From the NCBI RefSeq assembly GCF_001975725.1, contig NZ_CP019434.1, forward strand, positions 2,712,418-2,733,918: a stretch of 21,501 nt of DNA, in the 5' to 3' direction. A program made the position numbers and the translations under genes. Positions within the stretch are counted from its first letter, which is position 1; every line of letters starts with the position of its first letter. Under the pieces are notes generated by a model. The model saw nothing but the letters and a program-made list of their open reading frames with translations, was not told where the DNA came from and searched no databases. The DNA is from Acidihalobacter ferrooxydans (lineage in GTDB: Bacteria > Pseudomonadota > Gammaproteobacteria > DSM-5130 > Acidihalobacteraceae). Shown here piece by piece: positions 6,544-12,061 of this stretch.

Positions 6544-6747
6544 ATGCAAACTACGTTCGATCAGAACCGAATTATCCGCAACAAACAAGCCGCTGCCTTC
6601 CTGGGCGTTTCGGTTGCGACATATTGGCGACTTGTTCGTGCGGGCACGTTGCCGCAGCCGGTCAAAATCACGGCTCAAATAGGCGGCCAGCCGCTGCACG
6701 TGCTTGAGGAATTTCTCGAGCGCCTGAGCGCCGGGGGTGAGGTATGA
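6544..6747 (+). CDS. alpA: AlpA-family (HTH_17, excisionase-like) transcriptional regulator, 67 aa
   Basis: MQTTFDQNRIIRNKQAAAFLGVSVATYWRLVRAGTLPQPVKI... matches the AlpA/Xis-type winged-helix pattern (xxEVAxxLGVSxxTxYRLxxxGxFPxPxKxG). Position after int is typical. Its stop overlaps the next start (ATGA). ATG at 6544 is preferred over the ORF-track start at 6508. Confidence 0.85.
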   Translation: MQTTFDQNRIIRNKQAAAFLGVSVATYWRLVRAGTLPQPVKITAQIGGQPLHVLEEFLERLSAGGEV

Positions 6748-7181
6748 CCGCCCCGATTGACCGCGTGCTGCCATTGCTCGACGGCGTTCGTCAGACCGGC
6801 CCAAACCGATGGATTGCACGCTGCCCGGCCCATGCCGACAAAAGCCCGAGTCTGAGCATCCGCGAGGCCGAGGATGGGCGCCTTCTTGTGTACTGTTTTG
6901 GTGGTTGCGAGGCCGAAGATGTGACCGCCGCGCTTGGCTTGCGAATGGCCGACCTGTTCCCCGAACGCCCGCAGTACCGGCCCGGAGACAGGGCACAGGA
7001 GCCGCGCATTTCGCTGACCGACCTCGTTGATCTGCTGGCGCATGAGGCATTAATAGCCTACGTCGCAGCAGCTGACGCGGCGCACGGAAAGCCCATATCC
7101 AACGAGGACGCCGACCGCGCAGCCCTGGCCGCGCAACGCATCCGGACGGCTGTTGATTATGCGCGAGGGTACCCACGATGA
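6744..7181 (+). CDS. Stand-alone CHC2-type (DnaG-like) zinc-finger protein, 145 aa
   Basis: ARCPAHADKSPSLSIREAEDGRLLVYCFGGCEAEDVTAALGL matches the zf-CHC2 pattern CPFHxEKTPSFxV...CFGCG. No TOPRIM or primase catalytic region follows. ATGA overlaps at both ends indicate translational coupling. Confidence 0.8.
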   Translation: MTAPIDRVLPLLDGVRQTGPNRWIARCPAHADKSPSLSIREAEDGRLLVYCFGGCEAEDVTAALGLRMADLFPERPQYRPGDRAQEPRISLTDLVDLLAHEALIAYVAAADAAHGKPISNEDADRAALAAQRIRTAVDYARGYPR

Positions 7182-8899
7182 GCATACTTGGCCAACTTGA
7201 ACGCGCTGCGCAGGCACGCGCCAAAGCCTCAAGCGTTATCGACGCATTGGCCGACCGCGACGACCCGGAAACCGATGCAGCCGAAACGATGGACGCGTTC
7301 CAGGATTACGAGCGACTAGCGCAGGACGAACGGACGACCGAACCGCCCAAGCCCGAACAGGAACAGGGTGGCGCCGCAATCGAACGCCGAGCGCAGACCG
7401 TCGAACGGACCGGAAAGCCAAGCACGCCACCCGCGCCGCTGCCAACCGGGCTGCCACCTGTCGAGAAGTTCGATCTAGCGCTGTTGCCGGAAAGTCTAAG
7501 GGAAGCATGCGGTGACGCGGCCCATCGCATGCAATGCCCGCCCGATTTCGTCGCAGTTGGGTACATGGTGGCGGCGAGTTCCGCGGTTGGGCGCATCGTG
7601 GGCATCAAGCCAAAACGCCGTGACGACTGGCTTGTGGCGCCGAACCTTTGGGGCTGCGTCGTCGGCAGACCGTCCGCCCTGAAAACCCCCGCGCTTTCCG
7701 AAGCGCTGAGGCCGCTAAAGGCGCTTGAGGCCAAAGCGCGGGAGCAGTTCGCGAAGGAACGTCGGCAATTCGAGACCGCGCTTCAGTTGCACGAATTGAA
7801 AATGTCGAGTGATCGAAAAAAAGCAGCCGCCGCCATTGCCAAGGGTAACACCGCTGAGGCCGAAAACATTTTATTAGGGTCGGGAACAGAGCCTGAAGCG
7901 CCCACATGTCGGCGATTCATCGTCAACGACACCACGGTCGAAAAGTTGGGCGAATTGCTGGCCGAAAATCCGCGCGGGCTGCTGATGTTTAGAGACGAGC
8001 TAGCCGGGTGGTTTTCTTCACTCGACCGCGAATATGCGACGACTGACCGGGCTTTCTATCTTGAAGCGTTTAATGGAAGCGGCAGCTTCGTCTATGACAG
8101 AATCGGGCGCGGGACGGTTCACATTGAAGCGGCAACGGTGTCCTTACTGGGTGGAACGCAACCGGGACGACTGTCCGCGTATCTGCGCGGCGCGATTAAG
8201 GGCGGCGCAGGCGATGACGGGCTTGCGCAACGGCTTCAACTGTTGGTGTGGCCCGATCCGGTGAAATGGGAACACATCGATGAGTGGCCGAACGCTGACG
8301 CCAAGCGCGAGGTGGTTCGCGTGTTCGAGCACTTGGTTGATCTAAACCCGGAAGAGGCGGGGGCAACGAAAGTAGAGTACGACGCCATCCCTACACTGCG
8401 GTTCGACGACGGCGGCCAGGAGGCCTTTGACGGCTGGTACAACGCTCACATGAAGCGCCTGCGCGATGAGGACTTGCCGCCCTACCTTGAGAGTCACTTA
8501 GCAAAATACGCGAGCTTGATGCCTAGCTTGGCGCTGATCGACCACCTTTCATCGTTCCGAACTGGCCCCGTTACGGAGGAATCAGCGATTCGAGCCGCCG
8601 CGTGGTGTGAATACTTGGAGAGCCATGCCGTCCGGGCCTATTCGCCGATGGTGACGGGGGCCGTCACCGCTGCTGAGCGGCTGTTGAAAAAAATCAAAGC
8701 GGGCGAACTCGGCTCTGCATTTACGGCGCGGGATGTGTACCGGAAGTGCTGGTCAATGCTGACCGACATCGAAGATGTGCGCGAGGCCATCGATCTACTG
8801 GTGGATTATGGGTGGCTTGTCGCGCAATCCATCCCAACACGTGGGCGGTCGGCGACCATCTTCGAGGTGAGCCCTGCCGCATCCAAGGGGGGTGAATGA
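7178..8899 (+). CDS. DUF3987 (YfjI-like) P-loop protein, putative island replication helicase/initiator, 573 aa
   Basis: Central region LALLPESLREACGDAAHRMQCPPDFVAVGYMVAASSAVG..., WGCVVGRPSALKTPAL (Walker-A-like), RGLLMFRDELAGWF (Walker-B-like hhhhDE) and LGGTQPGRL is characteristic of DUF3987 proteins that follow primase domains in P4-like and CP4-57-like islands. Confidence 0.87.
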   Translation: MSILGQLERAAQARAKASSVIDALADRDDPETDAAETMDAFQDYERLAQDERTTEPPKPEQEQGGAAIERRAQTVERTGKPSTPPAPLPTGLPPVEKFDLALLPESLREACGDAAHRMQCPPDFVAVGYMVAASSAVGRIVGIKPKRRDDWLVAPNLWGCVVGRPSALKTPALSEALRPLKALEAKAREQFAKERRQFETALQLHELKMSSDRKKAAAAIAKGNTAEAENILLGSGTEPEAPTCRRFIVNDTTVEKLGELLAENPRGLLMFRDELAGWFSSLDREYATTDRAFYLEAFNGSGSFVYDRIGRGTVHIEAATVSLLGGTQPGRLSAYLRGAIKGGAGDDGLAQRLQLLVWPDPVKWEHIDEWPNADAKREVVRVFEHLVDLNPEEAGATKVEYDAIPTLRFDDGGQEAFDGWYNAHMKRLRDEDLPPYLESHLAKYASLMPSLALIDHLSSFRTGPVTEESAIRAAAWCEYLESHAVRAYSPMVTGAVTAAERLLKKIKAGELGSAFTARDVYRKCWSMLTDIEDVREAIDLLVDYGWLVAQSIPTRGRSATIFEVSPAASKGGE

Positions 8900-9405
8900 T
8901 GGGTCGGTACTTGGAAAAAATTCGCGAAAACGCCCAAAACCGCACTGACAAAACTGACAAAAGCCCCCTTGCCGCAACTTCTGTCAGTTCTGTCAGCGCC
9001 CAATCCGGCCATTTTCAGAAAAAAAACGAGGCCCCTCCGATTCATGGGATGACGGCGCACGAGGAAGCGAGCATCAGGGCCTGGTTGGCGTACATCGAGG
9101 AAACCGACCCTGCAATCGTCGCCGAGGTTCTGACCCGATGCCGCCGGATGCCTGACGCACGGGCCTACTTCCTGCGGCGGGCAAAAGAGGTTCCACAAAC
9201 AGAACCCGACCACGCGGTGACCTGCGGGGCCTGCCGACACTTCCAGCGGACCGAGCACCCGCACCTGGGGCATTGCGTCAGAGGCGAGCCGGAAGCAGCC
9301 GCTGGGCTTTGGGATAGTGACCGGCGCATGTGCCGTGTGTTCGAGCCTGTGGACCGCGACGAGAACCGACATTCTGGCAGGCAGGACCACCCCAAGCCCG
9401 CGTAA
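8896..9405 (+). CDS. Hypothetical protein, 169 aa, Cys-rich C-terminal half. Its 5' part encodes palindrome A
   Basis: The ATGA overlap with the upstream gene and the preceding GGGGGG run support the start at 8896/8899. The C-terminal VTCGACRHFQRTEHPHLGHCVRGEPEAAAGLWDSDRRMCRVFEP has a CxxC...C...C arrangement. An alternative internal start (MTAHEE..., about 9049) would place the palindrome in an intergenic gap. Confidence 0.62.
   Translation: MMGRYLEKIRENAQNRTDKTDKSPLAATSVSSVSAQSGHFQKKNEAPPIHGMTAHEEASIRAWLAYIEETDPAIVAEVLTRCRRMPDARAYFLRRAKEVPQTEPDHAVTCGACRHFQRTEHPHLGHCVRGEPEAAAGLWDSDRRMCRVFEPVDRDENRHSGRQDHPKPA
8944..8996. repeat. Palindrome A: ACTGACAAAACTGACAAAAG - 13-nt gap - its imperfect inverted copy CTTCTGTCAGTTCTGTCAG (four CTGACA units)
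   Basis: Left arm 8944-8963, right arm 8977-8996 (17/20 complementary). Homologous to palindrome B over about 90 bp. Translated in frame as TDKTDKS...TSVSSVS. Confidence 0.85.
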
Positions 9406-9469
9406 CGACGCAGAGCGGATGACGCATTACGCCAAACCGGCACGAACTTACCATTACGGAGACTTACCA

Positions 9470-9883
9470 ATGGCAAAAAAAATCGTTACCCTTCAAACAC
9501 ATATGCGCCGCAAGGAGGCCGTCAAGCTGCGGCTGGCGGGCCTGAGCTACCGGCAGATTGGTGATCGGCTCGGCATTAGTCACGTTGCCGCGCTGAACCA
9601 TGTTCGCGCCGTGCTGGATGAACTTCGGTCTGAGACCGCCGAGACCGCCGAGCAGATTCGCCGAATCGAGTTAGAGCGCTTGGACTGCGCGACCGCGTTA
9701 GCCATGCGCATGATCGACCGGGGCGAGCTGGCCGGTATTGATCGGCTCATCAAGATTCAGGAACGGCGTGCCCGGTTGCTTGGATTGGATGCTGCCGAGC
9801 GGGTGGACGTTTCGACGCAGGAGATTCCGACCGTCATCATTGCCGAGCCGGTGAGTCCGCGACTGCCTGATACGAAGCACTGA
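9470..9883 (+). CDS. Small HTH DNA-binding protein, small-terminase-like, 137 aa
   Basis: GGAG SD 9 nt upstream of the ATG at 9470. RRKEAVKLRLAGLSYRQIGDRLGISHVAALNHVRAVLDE is a sigma70-region-4/LuxR-type HTH. The following helical segment IELERLD...IDRLIKIQERRARLLGLDA recalls phage HTH proteins often annotated as small terminase subunits. The TerS assignment is from memory and untested. Confidence 0.72.
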   Translation: MAKKIVTLQTHMRRKEAVKLRLAGLSYRQIGDRLGISHVAALNHVRAVLDELRSETAETAEQIRRIELERLDCATALAMRMIDRGELAGIDRLIKIQERRARLLGLDAAERVDVSTQEIPTVIIAEPVSPRLPDTKH

Positions 9884-9948
9884 TTGCTTGAATCTGCACC
9901 GGTGCCGAGTAGCGGATAATCACCGAGGAGAATTTTCCGGGAATGGCC

Positions 9949-10020
9949 GGAATGGGAACTGACAGAACTGACAAAAGTTCGATCCGGGTAACTTCTGTCA
10001 GTTCTGTCAGTTCCCATTCC
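9949..10020. repeat. Palindrome B: 30-bp inverted repeat (29/30) with a 12-bp spacer, built on four CTGACA units
   Basis: GGAATGGGAACTGACAGAACTGACAAAAGT (9949-9978), spacer TCGATCCGGGTA, then ACTTCTGTCAGTTCTGTCAGTTCCCATTCC (9991-10020). Intergenic, 66 bp after the stop of 9470..9883. Confidence 0.9.
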
Positions 10021-10299
10021 AAGCATTTCCGTAAAACACGCCCCGGTAGCCATCCGGCACCATTCGCCGCCTAGACGCATTTTGCGTACACCGTACAAGG
10101 CGAATGCCCGCCAGCCGTACCCTAGCCTACCTTTCGCGTGATAGGCCCACAGACACCCCGCTACGGCGGTCTGGCGGCCTGTTTGTCGGCAACCGACAAG
10201 GATTGCTTGATAGCCATTCAGCGCCGCGCCTGACCGGGTGGGCGGACAGCGACCAAGGGCTTGCACGGGCTTAAACGAAACAGCCCTTGGTGGCGTTCA

Positions 10300-10320
10300 A
10301 TTGGCAACAAATTGGCAACA
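10300..10320 (+). promoter_or_regulatory. Two 11-bp-phased copies of ATTGGCAACA near the tRNA-proximal att site (candidate arm-type sites)
   Basis: ATTGGCAACA at 10300-10309 and 10311-10320, 58 bp from the att core at 10379. Same motif and orientation as the triplet at 4353-4384. Confidence 0.5.
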
Positions 10321-10378
10321 AATCCGCGTTTTCGTCTAGTGGGCGATGCCTCGCAATGCTCTAAGTCCTTGTTTTAAT

Positions 10379-10455
10379 TGGCGCGCCCGGAAGGATTCGA
10401 ACCTCCGACCACCTGGTTCGTAGCCAGGTACTCTATCCAACTGAGCTACGGGCGC
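10379..10455 (-). tRNA. tRNA-Arg (anticodon ACG), 77 nt, intact, CCA encoded
   Basis: Reverse complement GCGCCCGTAGCTCAGTTGGATAGAGTACCTGGCTACGAACCAGGTGGTCGGAGGTTCGAATCCTTCCGGGCGCGCCA folds as a cloverleaf. Anticodon stem CCTGG/CCAGG, loop CTACGAA. Confidence 0.95.
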
Positions 10456-10468
10456 TCTGAGCTGCGGG

Positions 10469-10497
10469 ATTATCCTTATGCCTTGCCGGATCGTCAA
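10469..10497 (-). promoter_or_regulatory. Sigma70-type promoter for tRNA-Arg
   Basis: Minus strand reads TTGACG (10497-10492), a 17-nt spacer, then GATAAT (10474-10469). The tRNA 5' end is 13 nt downstream of the -10. Confidence 0.55.
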
Positions 10498-10515
10498 GAG
10501 CGAACAGAATAAATA

Positions 10516-10606
10516 TGGCGGAGAGAGAGGGATTCGAACCCTCGATACGGGGTTACCGTATACACACTTTCCAGGCGTGCTCCTTCAACCACTCGGACAT
10601 CTCTCC
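10516..10606 (-). tRNA. tRNA-Ser (anticodon GGA), 91 nt, long variable arm, CCA encoded
   Basis: Reverse complement GGAGAGATGTCCGAGTGGTTGAAGGAGCACGCCTGGAAAGTGTGTATACGGTAACCCCGTATCGAGGGTTCGAATCCCTCTCTCTCCGCCA. Anticodon loop CTGGAAA. Closely resembles E. coli tRNA-Ser(GGA). Confidence 0.94.
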
Positions 10607-10738
10607 GGAACTGCGATCGTGCTCGTGCTGACGCCCATAGAGCAGCGGGCGAACAAGGCCGCAAAGGTTACCGGACTTACGCAAAAGTGTAAATCAAAAG
10701 GGCGTGGTTCATGGCCGCGGCAACGAATGGTTTTCGCG

Positions 10739-11659
10739 CTACCCAACTGCCCATGACATCATTCGTCGCGGCGCGATACGTCCGTCGTCCAGGGTTTCAC
10801 CGATACCCATGAATCCTGCCGGGCTGTAGAGACGGACACGCTTCTCGCCGGGCGCATGCGGCACCCACACCGCCTGGCCCTGGCGGATGTAACGCGCAGC
10901 ATCCATCGTCAGCTCAACAGCCGGCCAACGCGCTAACGCGGCATCCACGGGAATCAGCAATGCATCGCGCGCAGCCGCGTCCATCTGCTCCAGTTCGGCC
11001 AGCGTATGCATCGTTGGGGTGTCGAACGGTTGCACGCCCAAACGACGTAGCGATGTAACGTGTGCGCCACAGCCCAGAGACTCGCCGAGATCGTCGACCA
11101 GCGTGCGCACGTAGGTACCGCTGGAGCAGACGATATCGAATTCGAGCTCGTCACCGTCTCTGGTCAGCAGATCGTATCGAGCGATATGCACACGCCGCGA
11201 CTTGCGTTCGACTTCCTCGCCTTGCCGCGCCAGTTCATACAAGCGCTTGCCTTGATGTTTGAGCGCCGAATACATCGGTGGAATCTGCTCGATGTCGCCT
11301 CGCAACGGTGACAGCGCGCGCTCGATAGCAGCTGCGTCGATACTTGCCGGAACCGTTCGCGTTTCAGTGATTGCCCCCGCCGCATCGCCGCTATCGGTCC
11401 GCACGCCGAGGCGACAGTGCGCGCGGTAGCGTTTGTCCGCTTCCAGCAGGTAGGAGGAAATTTTGGTCGCTTCGCCAAAGCACAGCGGCAGCAGGCCGGT
11501 CGCAAGCGGGTCGAGGCTACCCGTATGTCCAGCCTTGTTGGCATTGAACAGGCGCTTGGCCGCTTGCAGGGCCTGATTGGAGCTGGGGCCTAACGGCTTG
11601 TCGAGCAATAACACGCCATGCACGTCGCGTCGCCGCGGCCTGCGCTGTGGTGTTGACAT
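10739..11659 (-). CDS. truB: tRNA pseudouridine(55) synthase TruB, 306 aa
   Basis: HGVLLLDKPLGPSSNQALQAAKRLFNANKAGHTGSLDPLATGLLPLCFGEATK contains the catalytic Asp motif (GxLDPxAxG). Located in the conserved position after rbfA. Confidence 0.95.
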   Translation of the reverse strand: MSTPQRRPRRRDVHGVLLLDKPLGPSSNQALQAAKRLFNANKAGHTGSLDPLATGLLPLCFGEATKISSYLLEADKRYRAHCRLGVRTDSGDAAGAITETRTVPASIDAAAIERALSPLRGDIEQIPPMYSALKHQGKRLYELARQGEEVERKSRRVHIARYDLLTRDGDELEFDIVCSSGTYVRTLVDDLGESLGCGAHVTSLRRLGVQPFDTPTMHTLAELEQMDAAARDALLIPVDAALARWPAVELTMDAARYIRQGQAVWVPHAPGEKRVRLYSPAGFMGIGETLDDGRIAPRRMMSWAVG

Positions 11660-11665
11660 GGACTA

Positions 11666-12040
11666 TCAATCCTCGGAGTGGCGTTCGCGGTCTTGGCGCA
11701 GGGCCTTCGCAATGAGCGCATCGAGCCGATCCCCATGCGCCTGGCTATCGTCGTAAACGAAACGCAATTCGGGCACGATCCGCAGTCTCATGCGCCGGCC
11801 GAGCTCACGGCGCAGAAAACCAGAGGCGCGACGCAGCGCGGATTCGCTCGCCGTCCGCGCCGCATCATCACCCAGCACCGTAAAATACACTCGCGCATAG
11901 GCGAGATCCCTGGAGACCTCGACATCGCCCAGCGTGATCATGCCGACGCCGGGGTCCTTGAGTTCCGTGCGAATGAGTACCGCCAACTCGCGATGGATCT
12001 GCTCACCGACGCGCAGCGCGCGGGAAAACTCTCGTGGCAT
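11666..12040 (-). CDS. rbfA: Ribosome-binding factor A, 124 aa
   Basis: MPREFSRALRVGEQIHRELAVLIRTELKDPGVGMITLGDVEVSRDLAYARVYFTVLG is canonical RbfA. Located between infB and truB. Confidence 0.95.
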   Translation of the reverse strand: MPREFSRALRVGEQIHRELAVLIRTELKDPGVGMITLGDVEVSRDLAYARVYFTVLGDDAARTASESALRRASGFLRRELGRRMRLRIVPELRFVYDDSQAHGDRLDALIAKALRQDRERHSED

Positions 12041-12061
12041 GCCTGTGTCCTGTTGCCCGCT

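Larger units (their letters stand above)
4190..10423 (+). mobile_element. tRNA-Arg-integrated genomic island (6144 bp between the repeats); minimalist integrative element, candidate phage satellite
   Basis: Perfect 45-bp direct repeats, one inside the intact tRNA-Arg. Tyrosine integrase about 180 bp from the distal repeat. AlpA-family regulator followed by a replication-type module. All seven genes are on the + strand. No capsid, tail or lysis genes. Confidence 0.85.

Noticed and set aside
6523-7224. 233-aa minus-strand ORF spanning alpA and the zinc-finger gene
   Set aside because: Antisense shadow ORF rich in Arg, Pro and Ala. The + strand genes have recognisable domains and coupled start/stop overlaps.
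9757-10266. 169-aa minus-strand ORF and the 43-codon + strand ORF (9943..10074) across palindrome B
   Set aside because: Their only protein-like feature (GTDRTDKS...VSSVS) is a direct consequence of translating the CTGACA palindrome in either direction. There is no SD, and the minus ORF overlaps the 9470..9883 gene. Treated as non-coding DNA, though the resemblance to the N-terminus of ORF 8896..9405 is reported as a finding.
8944-10320. Whether the CTGACA or ATTGGCAACA repeats could form a CRISPR array
   Set aside because: The units are 9-11 bp, directly abutting or palindromic. There are no 25-40 bp unique spacers, only 2-3 copies per locus, and no cas genes in the window.
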